Source: Nitrospirota bacterium (lineage in GTDB: Bacteria; Nitrospirota; JACRHJ01). Taken from it: DNA of 64,000 bases. The notes under the pieces were generated by a model that was given only the letters and a program-made list of their open reading frames with translations, was not told the DNA's origin and did not search any database. The translations under genes and the position numbers were made by a program. The first letter of the stretch is position 1. Each line of letters begins with the position of its first letter. The DNA is taken from positions 118,389 through 182,388 of the forward strand of contig CAWJRJ010000014.1 of assembly GCA_963845245.1 (NCBI GenBank). Reading direction: 5' to 3'. Positions 10,401 through 19,467 of this stretch are shown in pieces.

Positions 10401-11973
10401 CGGGGAAGACTGCGTTGACAAGCTCAAGAAATATATCTACTACGTTCGGGTCGAACTGGTTACCCCTGCCTTGCAAAAACTCTTTTTTTACCACGTCCAT
10501 CGGGAGCGCCTTCCGGTAAGGTCTGTCAGAGCTCATGGCGTGGAATGCGTCCGCTACTGAAAGTATCCTAGCGCCTAAGGGGATTTCCTCGCCTTTCAAT
10601 CCCGCAGGGTAGCCGGAACCGTCGTAGTGTTCGTGGTGGCAGCTTATTACCTGTCGGCTCTCTTCCAGGTAGAACGTGTGTTTAAGGATATGTTCAGCTT
10701 CTTCGATGTGCGTCTTTATTTTTTCGTACTCGCCCTTTGTAAGTTTCCCTTTCTTGTTCAGGATGGGCTCTGGTATGCCTATTTTGCCTATGTCATGCAA
10801 AAGGGCTGCAATCTCGAGGTCCTCTTTTTCCTTGTGAGAAAGTCCAAGCTGGTCCGCTATCATGCCGCAGAGAGACTCTACGCCGTCCGAATGGCCCTTT
10901 GTATACGGGTCCTTTGACTCCAATACTGCGGAGAGGACCTTGACTGTTGACAGGTATGCTATCTTTGACTCATTGTAATAGCGTGCCTTTTCTATAGCGA
11001 TTGCCACAAGGTTGGAATAATTGACCAGTGCTTCGAGCTGTTCGGACGTAAACGGCTTCCCGTCGTGGCGCTGGGTGAAATTCAGGACGCCGATGGTGGA
11101 TACGCTTTTTAGGGCTACGTTTAAGGCGTAGGGCGTCTGATATTTCAGGTTAAGCGGGACCACTATAAACGACCCAGGCTTGTTGAGTATTTTGAAACGC
11201 CGGTCTTTTGTACCGTCCTTGACGCTTTTTATTAATACTGGCTCTCCCGTCTTCCACACATAACCGGAAACGCTTTCCCCGAGGAGTCTCCTCTCGCCAA
11301 CAATTTTGCGGTCGGTGCTCTCCTTTACTACGAGGCAGTGGCTGCCGTCTGGGTCTTTCTCCACAAGCATGAGAGATGCCTCGCGGCAATCTAGAATGCC
11401 TGCACCCTTTTCAATGACAAGCCTGTATATGTCTGCAAGCGAGTTTGTCTGGTTTATTTCCCGTATTATCTCGTTTACGAGCAGGACGCCTTTATTCTGG
11501 CGCTCCAGTTTGAGCGCGATACCGCAGTATTCGGCAAGCATCTCCGCAAGCTTGAGGTCTTTACGGGTGAATTTTCCACCGCCGGTCCTGTTGTTGATGT
11601 TCAGTACGGCTATCGCAACAGATTCTTCTAGAATAGGTACTATAAGAGAGCTGCTGTACTTAGCGGAGTCAGTCTCAACCTTTATGCCAGGAAAATCTTT
11701 TTTAAGCTGCGCGAGGTCGTTTATTATGATAGGTTTCCCGGTCTTGGCAACCATGCCGGACACGCTATGCCCCAGCTTGACCTTCGTATTTTTTACAATG
11801 CCCTTTGAAAGGGGGTCGGAATTCAGAGAGGCTGCCGCCTTTATCTTGAGGACTTTCTCCGTACTGTTTACGACCATCAGCGAGCCGTTCTCGGCCTTGA
11901 GGTCCTTAAGCGCTTTCAGCAGAAGGTTCTCAACCCCGTCTATAAACCTGTCCAGTGCATAAAGTTTGACCAT
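10372..11973 (-). CDS. GAF-GAF-HD-GYP c-di-GMP phosphodiesterase
   Basis: KDPYTKGHS, LHDIGKIG, HHEHYDGSGYP, ADAFHAM..DRPYR; two GAF domains. Confidence 0.92.
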   Translation of the reverse strand: MVKLYALDRFIDGVENLLLKALKDLKAENGSLMVVNSTEKVLKIKAAASLNSDPLSKGIVKNTKVKLGHSVSGMVAKTGKPIIINDLAQLKKDFPGIKVETDSAKYSSSLIVPILEESVAIAVLNINNRTGGGKFTRKDLKLAEMLAEYCGIALKLERQNKGVLLVNEIIREINQTNSLADIYRLVIEKGAGILDCREASLMLVEKDPDGSHCLVVKESTDRKIVGERRLLGESVSGYVWKTGEPVLIKSVKDGTKDRRFKILNKPGSFIVVPLNLKYQTPYALNVALKSVSTIGVLNFTQRHDGKPFTSEQLEALVNYSNLVAIAIEKARYYNESKIAYLSTVKVLSAVLESKDPYTKGHSDGVESLCGMIADQLGLSHKEKEDLEIAALLHDIGKIGIPEPILNKKGKLTKGEYEKIKTHIEEAEHILKHTFYLEESRQVISCHHEHYDGSGYPAGLKGEEIPLGARILSVADAFHAMSSDRPYRKALPMDVVKKEFLQGRGNQFDPNVVDIFLELVNAVFPDEEPKSANV

Positions 11974-12026
11974 CTGCTATCCTTGGTTAAATAAATGAAT
12001 GATTATAAAATATTATAATATATTAA

Positions 12027-12869
12027 TCAACGGATTATAACGTTGTCGATAAGCCTCGTACCGCCGATCCTTACCGCGGCAGCAATAACCGCGCTGCTAC
12101 CTGTGTGCAGCAAGGGCTTCAGGTTATCAGGTTCTACAACCTCAACATATTCTGGCTCAATCAACGGCTCTTCCCTGAACTTTTCAAGTATGTGAGAGGT
12201 AAGCATGTCCGTGGGCACATCGCTTTTTTCTGCAAGTAAACGCGCCGATTCAAGCGCACGATATAATGCTGGTGCGGCATGCCTCTCGTCAGGTTTCAAA
12301 TACGCGTTACGGGAGCTCATGGCAAGGCCGTCAGGCTCGCGCACTGTAGGGGCTACCACTACATCGACCGCCATATTCAGGTCTATGACCATCCGCCTGA
12401 TAACTGCGGTCTGCTGGAAATCCTTCTGGCCGAAGAAGGCCTTGTCAGGTTGTACTACATTGAAAAGCTTGGCAACGACCGTTGCCACTCCCTTAAAATG
12501 CCCAGGCCTGCTCCTGCCGCAGAGCCCGTCGGTAATTCCCTCGACATTAACGTAGGTCTCGTATCCAACCGGGTACATGTCGCCGGGCTCAGGCATGAAA
12601 ACAATGCCCACGCCCTCTTTACGGCACTTTTCAAGGTCGCCTTCTATATCGCGCGGGTATTTTTCGAGATCTTCTTTGGGTCCGAACTGAGTCGGGTTTA
12701 CAAAGATAGAAAGGATGGTTGAGCCGGTGTTTTTTTGGGAGAGCCGGACCAGCGACAGGTGGCCCTCATGCAGGTAACCCATGGTGGGTACAAAGCCTGT
12801 CGCCACGCCGGAGGCCTTCAGCCTCCTTGTTGCCACTGTCATCTCCGTAACGGTCCTTATAACTTCCAC
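12027..12869 (-). CDS. panC: Pantoate-beta-alanine ligase
   Basis: VPTMGYLHEGH, FVNPTQF, RPGHFKGV, FGQKDFQQ, GLAMSSRN, RLIDN. Confidence 0.97.
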   Translation of the reverse strand: MEVIRTVTEMTVATRRLKASGVATGFVPTMGYLHEGHLSLVRLSQKNTGSTILSIFVNPTQFGPKEDLEKYPRDIEGDLEKCRKEGVGIVFMPEPGDMYPVGYETYVNVEGITDGLCGRSRPGHFKGVATVVAKLFNVVQPDKAFFGQKDFQQTAVIRRMVIDLNMAVDVVVAPTVREPDGLAMSSRNAYLKPDERHAAPALYRALESARLLAEKSDVPTDMLTSHILEKFREEPLIEPEYVEVVEPDNLKPLLHTGSSAVIAAAVRIGGTRLIDNVIIR

Positions 12870-12878
12870 AACATTGTC

Positions 12879-13343
12879 TCACAGGTTTTTCAAAAGTTCT
12901 TTTGTGGTCTTTTTTAAAACTGGGTGCAGCACATCCGGGTCCAACTCGCAGAGAGGCTCCAGCACAAAAGCCCTTTCGTGCATGAGTGGGTGTGGTATCT
13001 CAAGCTCCGGCATGTCGATTATGGAGTCACCGAAAAGCAGTATGTCAAGGTCGATTGTCCTGGGCCCCCAGCGTACAGTCCGGACACGGCCCAGTTGGTT
13101 TTCTATTTCATGGCATACGTCGAGGAGTTCATTCGGCGAAAGCGTGGTTTCAATCCGGGCGGCCGCGTTTAGGAATGGTTCCTGTTCCACGTAACCTACA
13201 GGCTCTGTCTCGTAATAAGAGGACACCCTGACTGCATCTATCCCCCGCGCCTCCGAGAGGAGCCTGACCGCATCGTCAAGGTTCTTTCTCTTGTCTCCCA
13301 GGTTCGTGCCAAGTCCTATATATGCTGTGACAGCTTTTTCCAT
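12879..13343 (-). CDS. folK: 2-amino-4-hydroxy-6-hydroxymethyldihydropteridine diphosphokinase
   Basis: YIGLGTNLG, YETEP, RWGPRTIDLDIL, IPHP.MHER.FVL.PL. Confidence 0.96.
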   Translation of the reverse strand: MEKAVTAYIGLGTNLGDKRKNLDDAVRLLSEARGIDAVRVSSYYETEPVGYVEQEPFLNAAARIETTLSPNELLDVCHEIENQLGRVRTVRWGPRTIDLDILLFGDSIIDMPELEIPHPLMHERAFVLEPLCELDPDVLHPVLKKTTKELLKNL

Positions 13344-13400
13344 AGCATGCGTATTACACCACAATCCCTTATAATTGTCAACGCCGCAGGGGTTTTCGCT

Positions 13401-13429
13401 TTGCAATAAAAAACCATAAATGGTATCTT
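13401..13429 (+). promoter_or_regulatory. Sigma70-type promoter for mqnB operon
   Basis: TTGCAA-17 bp-TATCTT in AT-rich divergent intergenic region. Confidence 0.5.
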
Positions 13430-13456
13430 AATAGTCATCGTCAATACGGAGAAAAG

Positions 13457-14164
13457 ATGATTTATCTGATAGTTCCGACAATAATGGAATCGGCGTCTTT
13501 CGCGTCCTGTTTAAAGGATGCCATCCCGTTTGAAGTGGGCCACAGGCGCGGCATTTCTGGCCGGGTCGGCGGAAAGACCGTAAAGGTCCTGGTAACCGGC
13601 ATCGGTCATGTGAATGTCGCTCAGGCGGTTACGGCCATGATGGAGTATGGCAGGCCGGACATCTTTATAATGGTAGGATGCGCCGGGGCCTATACCGGCT
13701 CGTCGCTTAAAGTTGGCGATGTCGCCGTTGCGACAGAGGAGATATTTGCCGAGGCTGGCGTTATTACTCCTGAAGGCTTTAAAGGCATGGAAGAAACTGG
13801 TTTTCCGCTGGTAGTGTCTAAAGGGCGTCCTTATTTTTCGCGGTTCCCCTTATCTGAAAGGTATAACAAAATTATTAAGGATGCAAATCCGGGCATATAC
13901 AACGGCCCGTTCCTGACAGTCTCCACCATAAGCGGGACGGCGAAACGCGGCAGAGAACTATCCGCACGGTTCGGGGCGCTTTGTGAGAACATGGAGGGCG
14001 CGGCCGCGGCCCAGGTCAGCCTTATATACGGAGTCCCCTTTGTAGAGGTCAGGGGCATAAGCAATATGGTAGAAGACCGCAACAAAGACAGATGGGATAT
14101 AGATACGGCTATGAAGAACTGCGCTAACGCAGTCATCGCCTTTATAAAGAGACTGGAGTTGTGA
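13457..14164 (+). CDS. mqnB: Futalosine hydrolase
   Basis: PNP/MTAN fold (TGIG.VN, GCAGAY, TVSTISGT, ENMEGAAAA, EVRGISN); adjacent to mqnD. Confidence 0.88.
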   Translation: MIYLIVPTIMESASFASCLKDAIPFEVGHRRGISGRVGGKTVKVLVTGIGHVNVAQAVTAMMEYGRPDIFIMVGCAGAYTGSSLKVGDVAVATEEIFAEAGVITPEGFKGMEETGFPLVVSKGRPYFSRFPLSERYNKIIKDANPGIYNGPFLTVSTISGTAKRGRELSARFGALCENMEGAAAAQVSLIYGVPFVEVRGISNMVEDRNKDRWDIDTAMKNCANAVIAFIKRLEL

Positions 14165-14994
14165 TGCGCGAATTGACTCTGGGCTATTCACCATGCCCGA
14201 ACGACACGTTTATATTCTACGCCCTGACCCACGGCAAGATTGGCCTGAAAGACATCAAGATAGTAGAGTCTCTGGACGACGTGGAGACGCTCAACAAAAA
14301 GGCGCTCAAAGGCGAACTCGACCTCACCAAGGTCTCATTCCATGCCTTCGCGTATCTGCGGGACAAGTATGTACTTTTAAGGTCAGGCGGGGCCCTGGGG
14401 CGCGGATGCGGACCGCTTGTCGTATCCAAAAAGTACCCGTCTATGTCGGAACTCTATGGCCGTACGATTGCAATACCAGGAAAGTATACGACGGCTCACC
14501 TGCTTCTGATGCTCTATGACAGCGGCATTGACAAAGTCAAGATTATGCCTTTCGACAAGATAATGCCGGCCGTGGCCGCCGGCGAGGTGGATGCAGGCCT
14601 CATTATCCACGAGGGCCGATTTACCTACCAGGGCTACGGGCTTGTAAAGCTGCTCGACCTGGGCGAGTGGTGGGAGGCCGAGACTGGCCTTCCTATACCG
14701 CTTGGCTGCATACTCGCAAAACGCTCGCTCGGAGAGGATACCATCCGGCTCGTCGAAGACGGAATCCGGGACAGCATCATCTACGCCCGCTCCCACAATG
14801 ACGAGACGAAATCCTATATAAAGTGCCATGCCCAGGAGATGGAGGACAGCGTCATCGAGGGTCATATCGGCCTCTATGTAAACGACTTCTCGCTGGACAT
14901 GGGCGTTGAAGGCGAAAAGGCGGTCGAGGTGCTCTTTGAGCGCGCAATGTCCAAAGGCGTTATACCGGGCAGTTATACCGACCTCTTCAAATGA
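14161..14994 (+). CDS. mqnD: 1,4-dihydroxy-6-naphthoate synthase
   Basis: GYSPCPNDTFIFYAL, DVETLN, GALGRGCGP, IIHEGRFTY, LPIPLG, HIGLYVN. Confidence 0.96.
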   Translation: MMRELTLGYSPCPNDTFIFYALTHGKIGLKDIKIVESLDDVETLNKKALKGELDLTKVSFHAFAYLRDKYVLLRSGGALGRGCGPLVVSKKYPSMSELYGRTIAIPGKYTTAHLLLMLYDSGIDKVKIMPFDKIMPAVAAGEVDAGLIIHEGRFTYQGYGLVKLLDLGEWWEAETGLPIPLGCILAKRSLGEDTIRLVEDGIRDSIIYARSHNDETKSYIKCHAQEMEDSVIEGHIGLYVNDFSLDMGVEGEKAVEVLFERAMSKGVIPGSYTDLFK

Positions 14995-16199
14995 AGTTCA
15001 AGACGTTCACTGCCCTCAGGCACCGCAATTTCAGGCTGTTCTTTTACGGTCAGGGCTTATCCCTTATAGGCACCTGGATGCATTCGCTGGCCCAAGGCTG
15101 GCTGATGCTCGAACTTACCAACTCTGCGTTTTACCTGTCCCTCGTGCAGGCGATGGGCTCGCTTCCCATCCTGTTCTTTTCGCTCATCGGCGGCGTCATA
15201 GCCGACAGGTCCGACAAGAAAAAGCTCCTCCTGTTCACCCAGACAACCTCGATGGTCCTTGTCCTCGCGCTTGCGGTTGTAGTAACGCTTGGTATTGTGC
15301 GGCCCTGGCACGTCATTGTATTTGCTGGCCTGTCCGGCGTTGTAAACACCTTTGACGTACCTGGACGCCAATCGTTCATAATAGACCTTGTCGGCCGGGA
15401 AGACCTGATGAACGGTATTGCGCTTAACTCCGCTGCGTTTAACGGCGCCAGGATCATCGGCCCATCGATCGCAGGCTTGATAATAGGTTACATCGGTCTC
15501 CAGTCGTGTTTCTATATAAATTCCTTTTCTTTTCTCGCGATTATCATAGCGCTCCTTATGATGAAGTTCGACGCCCCCGCCCCGCGCAAAGAGCAACGCC
15601 CTTTATTAAAAGAACTACGCGAAGGTTTGAGCTATGTAAAGCATGCGCCTGCGGTATCCTCGTTCATCTTCATGGTTGGGGTCACCAGCCTTCTGGCTAT
15701 ACCGTATATCGCACTTATGCCGATTTTCGCGCGCGACGTGCTTCACATCGGCGCAAAGGGACTGGGCATCATGATGGGCTCGGCAGGTGTAGGCGCGCTT
15801 GGAGGCGCACTTACCCTTGCTTCTCTGGGCAGTATCAGGAGGAAGGGCCTTGTTGCATTTGTGTCTGCGTTCGCGTCCGCATCCGCGCTTCTGGCGTTCT
15901 CTTTTTCAAGGAGCACGCCGCTCTCGCTGGTGCTACTGGCCGTGGTCGGCTGGGGCATGATAACCCAACTCGCAACGGTCAACACAATGCTCCAGAACGA
16001 CGTCCCCGACGAGCTGAGAGGAAGGGTGATGAGCCTGTATACCCTCGTGTTCCTGGGGTTCATACCCATTGGCAACCTTATCGTTGGCACGCTTGCACAC
16101 TATCTGGGCACCCCTCATGCGGTCGCGCTCAGTGCGAGCCTATGCATCATCATCTACGCCCTCATGATAGTCCGTAAAAGTGAACTTCTGCGTCACTGA
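14991..16199 (+). CDS. MFS transporter (MFS_3/DHA3-like)
   Basis: ALRHRNFRLFF.GQ..S..GTWM, GGVIADR, 12 TM pattern, ELRGRVMS. Confidence 0.92.
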   Translation: MKFKTFTALRHRNFRLFFYGQGLSLIGTWMHSLAQGWLMLELTNSAFYLSLVQAMGSLPILFFSLIGGVIADRSDKKKLLLFTQTTSMVLVLALAVVVTLGIVRPWHVIVFAGLSGVVNTFDVPGRQSFIIDLVGREDLMNGIALNSAAFNGARIIGPSIAGLIIGYIGLQSCFYINSFSFLAIIIALLMMKFDAPAPRKEQRPLLKELREGLSYVKHAPAVSSFIFMVGVTSLLAIPYIALMPIFARDVLHIGAKGLGIMMGSAGVGALGGALTLASLGSIRRKGLVAFVSAFASASALLAFSFSRSTPLSLVLLAVVGWGMITQLATVNTMLQNDVPDELRGRVMSLYTLVFLGFIPIGNLIVGTLAHYLGTPHAVALSASLCIIIYALMIVRKSELLRH

Positions 16200-16337
16200 T
16201 TTAAAAAAACTTTTCTTCAGCCCTTAAGTAAAACTCTCCCCGAAGATTTACCCTGAAAGCATTTTTTCAACCGCTTCGTGCGACATTGAGAACGGCCTCG
16301 TTTACCATGCATCCTCATTAACCAAACGGAGGAGTGT

Positions 16338-16763
16338 ATGAGGACATGCGCAAAATGCAAGAAAAGGGAATATTGCTCAAAGGTCTGTGATTATATCGAG
16401 AAATACCTGCCATCCGAATATTCCGGTAAAAACCCATATCACGAAATTAACTTAAGCCCTGAAGGACTCGATGCAGTGTCGGATCGGGCCTCAATAGCCG
16501 GCTGGAGCCGTTTTGAGAGATTGGGCCTAAGAAGGGAGCTTGACCTTTCCCTCCTGACACCTAAAGAAAAAACGGCGCTGACATTTATCGCATCTGGTAT
16601 GCCGCAGAGCGAGGCGGCAAGGCGTTTGAAAATTACCCGCTCTTCACTGCGAAGCCGCATCAATAAAGCACGGAAGAGGCTATCGGCCACCCAAAACTTA
16701 TATCTTATGGAAGGGCAAAACAAGGGCGTTAGGCAAAACGAAGAGGGGTGCGCCAATGGATAA
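16338..16763 (+). CDS. Cys-rich LuxR/sigma70-region-4 HTH transcriptional regulator
   Basis: SD GGAGGAG; N-terminal CxxCxxxxxCxxxC; C-terminal LTPKEK..L.....G....EAA..L.I....L...I..ARKRL HTH. Confidence 0.75.
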   Translation: MRTCAKCKKREYCSKVCDYIEKYLPSEYSGKNPYHEINLSPEGLDAVSDRASIAGWSRFERLGLRRELDLSLLTPKEKTALTFIASGMPQSEAARRLKITRSSLRSRINKARKRLSATQNLYLMEGQNKGVRQNEEGCANG

Positions 16764-16974
16764 TGTTTCATGCCGCCGATGCGGCAACACTGCCATGCTG
16801 AAAAGTTTCATAAGCGTCCGCTGTCCCATATGCGGTGAATACAAGTTTATGGAAAAGGCCGGGGACGATCTGCTATGGTCCGAACACAGGCTGGGGCTTT
16901 TGTTCCAGAAGGGTGGCTGGCAATTTCTCGGCGTAAACTCGCCGCCGTCATGGTTTATCGAAAACATCGTATAG
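16756..16974 (+). CDS. Zinc-ribbon protein, Mu Com-like
   Basis: CRRC-x13-CPIC; overlaps the upstream stop; SD-like GAGGGG. Confidence 0.5.
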   Translation: MDNVSCRRCGNTAMLKSFISVRCPICGEYKFMEKAGDDLLWSEHRLGLLFQKGGWQFLGVNSPPSWFIENIV

Positions 16975-16989
16975 GTTCCGGAGGGCAAC

Positions 16990-17259
16990 ATGGCTCAGAG
17001 AATATTGAATGATAAAGTCAACGTCCGCCACCTGAGGGGCTTTAGAAAAATCCAGCAGGAGGTACTGAGGGCGCTAAAGGCCGGCGTGTCTCCTAAGGAG
17101 TACAGGTCGGTTGCCGCCGCATACAAAGAGGCGGTGTCAGGCGAGAGGATGGTGCTTGGCATGGAAGGTACAGGACAGTCCGGGTGGCCGGACGAGATGG
17201 TGGTCCGGTGGGTGGACGAAGAAGACGAAGCCGGGGAGAACGCCGAAGATGCTTCGTGA
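16990..17259 (+). CDS. Putative terminase small subunit (short)
   Basis: Directly upstream of and overlapping terL; helical body with ER..LG and C-terminal MVVRWV beta-strand plus acidic tail. Confidence 0.5.
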   Translation: MAQRILNDKVNVRHLRGFRKIQQEVLRALKAGVSPKEYRSVAAAYKEAVSGERMVLGMEGTGQSGWPDEMVVRWVDEEDEAGENAEDAS

Positions 17260-18529
17260 GGTCGGCATCGCCTACAAGAAGCTCCCTTCTCAGCGCAGGT
17301 TCCACAGCTCCAGGGCAAAGTTCAAGGCATATGTCGGTGGCTATGGTTCCGGAAAGACATACGCTGGCTGCCACGAAGCGCTGAAGCTATCGCTTTTGAA
17401 CCGTGGTCTGACCGGCATGATGCTGGCGCCGACATACGGGATGCTGGAGGATTCAACGCTGCCAGCGTTTATGGAGATACTTGACAGGGCAGGGCTAAAG
17501 TATAAGTTCCGGACGTCCGAAGGCCGGATGATCCTCCCTTGGGGCTCGAAGGTATTGTTCCGTTCCGCGGACAACCCTGCGAGGCTTAAAGGGCCGAACC
17601 TGGCCTGGGTCGGGATAGACGAGGGCGCTCTGATATCGAGGGCCGCGTGGGAGGTGGCTATATCGCGCATAAGGCACCCGGAGGCAAAGAAGCTCGCCGC
17701 ATTCATCACCACGACGCCGGAGGGTTTCAACTGGCTGTATGAGGAGTTTGTGGAGAAGGGCAGGCGTCGAGGGTACCAGGTCATATATGCCCGCACCAGC
17801 GAGAATACATACCTGCCTGATGAATACGTGCAGGACCTTGAAGCGGCCTACGACCCCACGCTTGTCAGGCAGTACCTTATGGGTGAGTTTACAAATCCCG
17901 CCTCGGGCCGTGTCTATCACTCCTTTGACAGGGCCGTGCATGTCAGGCCGGGAATTACATATGACCCGGCAAGGCCGGTGTCCCTGGCAATAGATTTCAA
18001 CGTCGACCCGTTGCACGCAGCAGTCATCCAGACGGAAAAAGGCACCGTGCTGGTTGTTGACGAGATTGTCCTGCCATCCTCAAACACTTATGAGCTTTGC
18101 AGGGAGACGAGGGAACGGTTCGGTGACGGGCATATAACAGCATATCCCGACCCGACAGGCCGTGCGAGAAAGACGGCAGGCTCATCGGATGCGCCTTCGG
18201 ACTTCGCAATACTCATGTCGCACGGGTTCGAGGTAAGGTCACACAGGTCTTCACCGGCCATAAGGGACAGGGTTAACGCGGTGAACAGGAAGCTACTGGG
18301 TGCCGAAGGGCAGGCGGGTCTGCTCATTAACGAACGCTGCCGAGAGACTATTCGCTCCTTCGAACAGACATGCTTCAAGCCCGGCAGCTCGATAATCGAC
18401 AAGGCCGCAAGCATGGAGCACATGACCGACGCCATAGGCTACTTCATCGAATACGAGTATCCTATCCGACCGCCGGTGCTGGTCGAATATCAGGGGCTTG
18501 GCCGTCGAAGTCATAACAAGGGTTTTTAG
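17249..18529 (+). CDS. Phage terminase large subunit
   Basis: Walker A VGGYGSGKT, Walker B WVGIDEG, coupling TTTP, RNase H-like IDFN.DP, DPTG, HMTDAIGY; ATG 17249 with SD GGGGAG. Confidence 0.95.
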   Translation: MLREVGIAYKKLPSQRRFHSSRAKFKAYVGGYGSGKTYAGCHEALKLSLLNRGLTGMMLAPTYGMLEDSTLPAFMEILDRAGLKYKFRTSEGRMILPWGSKVLFRSADNPARLKGPNLAWVGIDEGALISRAAWEVAISRIRHPEAKKLAAFITTTPEGFNWLYEEFVEKGRRRGYQVIYARTSENTYLPDEYVQDLEAAYDPTLVRQYLMGEFTNPASGRVYHSFDRAVHVRPGITYDPARPVSLAIDFNVDPLHAAVIQTEKGTVLVVDEIVLPSSNTYELCRETRERFGDGHITAYPDPTGRARKTAGSSDAPSDFAILMSHGFEVRSHRSSPAIRDRVNAVNRKLLGAEGQAGLLINERCRETIRSFEQTCFKPGSSIIDKAASMEHMTDAIGYFIEYEYPIRPPVLVEYQGLGRRSHNKGF

Positions 18530-18555
18530 TAATTTTCAGCAATGGAGGAGGTCAT

Positions 18556-19467
18556 ATGACGGAACTGTCGGAGAGGTTGTGCTTTACACTCGACAACGAG
18601 CTTGTAGACATACCGGAATTTGTGCAGGTGTTGCCTGCCGGTGAGGTGAAGCCCAGGGGGAAGACGAACTTCCTCGTGGACGAGGAGTCGCGCGGCCTAC
18701 TTATGTCCGCGTTCGCCGGGAGCAGCAATGATCTGGTAATCGACTACGAGCACCAGAGCCTTTCGGGCTCGGAGGCCCCGGCCGCGGGCTGGATAAAGGA
18801 TGTCGAGGACAGGGGCGCGGACGGCGTCTGGGCGAAGGTCCAGTGGACGGAGAGGGCGAAGGAATATCTTGCAAAACGCGAGTACCGCTACCTTTCGCCC
18901 GTGGTGCTCATACGGAAGAAAGACGGCAGGGCGGTTGAGCTGTTGGGCGCGGGGCTTACAAACCTGCCCGCCATCGACGGCATGACGCCGGTTGTAAACA
19001 CAAGCCGGCCGGGCTTGGGGGAGGAGGTGAATGAGATGGAAGAGGATTACAAACAGCTCTATCTGAACGTGCTTGGGTTGTTCGGCCTACCGGATGATTC
19101 CGGGTTTGAAGAGGTCAAGGCGAAGGTAGATTCTATCGCAACGCCCAAGGGTTTCGTTGCGGAAGAGGAATACGTAGCTCTCAAAGAGACTTTAAAGATG
19201 CGCGAGACGGACATGCTCATAAAGGAAGCGCTTTCAAACGGCAGGCTCACCCCATCACTCACGGGCTGGGCGAAAGCATACGCCACGAAGGACATGGATG
19301 GTTTCAGGGATTTCATCGGCCGTGCGATGCCGGTTGTGCCACTTGGAATCAGCGATCTAAGGCATGCCGCACCGCTTGAACACACGCAGACCCAGGTGAA
19401 CAGGCTTCTCGGCATAACCGATGAGTCGTTCATCCGCTTTTCCGATATGGCCGTACAGACGAGGTGA
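18556..19467 (+). CDS. Mu-like prohead protease/scaffold (gpI-like)
   Basis: LVIDYEHQSL, APAAGWI, V.WT..A......EYRYLSPV, LTNLPAIDGM motifs; SD GGAGGAGG. Confidence 0.92.
   Translation: MTELSERLCFTLDNELVDIPEFVQVLPAGEVKPRGKTNFLVDEESRGLLMSAFAGSSNDLVIDYEHQSLSGSEAPAAGWIKDVEDRGADGVWAKVQWTERAKEYLAKREYRYLSPVVLIRKKDGRAVELLGAGLTNLPAIDGMTPVVNTSRPGLGEEVNEMEEDYKQLYLNVLGLFGLPDDSGFEEVKAKVDSIATPKGFVAEEEYVALKETLKMRETDMLIKEALSNGRLTPSLTGWAKAYATKDMDGFRDFIGRAMPVVPLGISDLRHAAPLEHTQTQVNRLLGITDESFIRFSDMAVQTR

Noticed and set aside
9336..11973. c-di-GMP genes as regulators of the virion cluster
   Set aside because: Only proximity, separated by five housekeeping genes; no sequence evidence of a link
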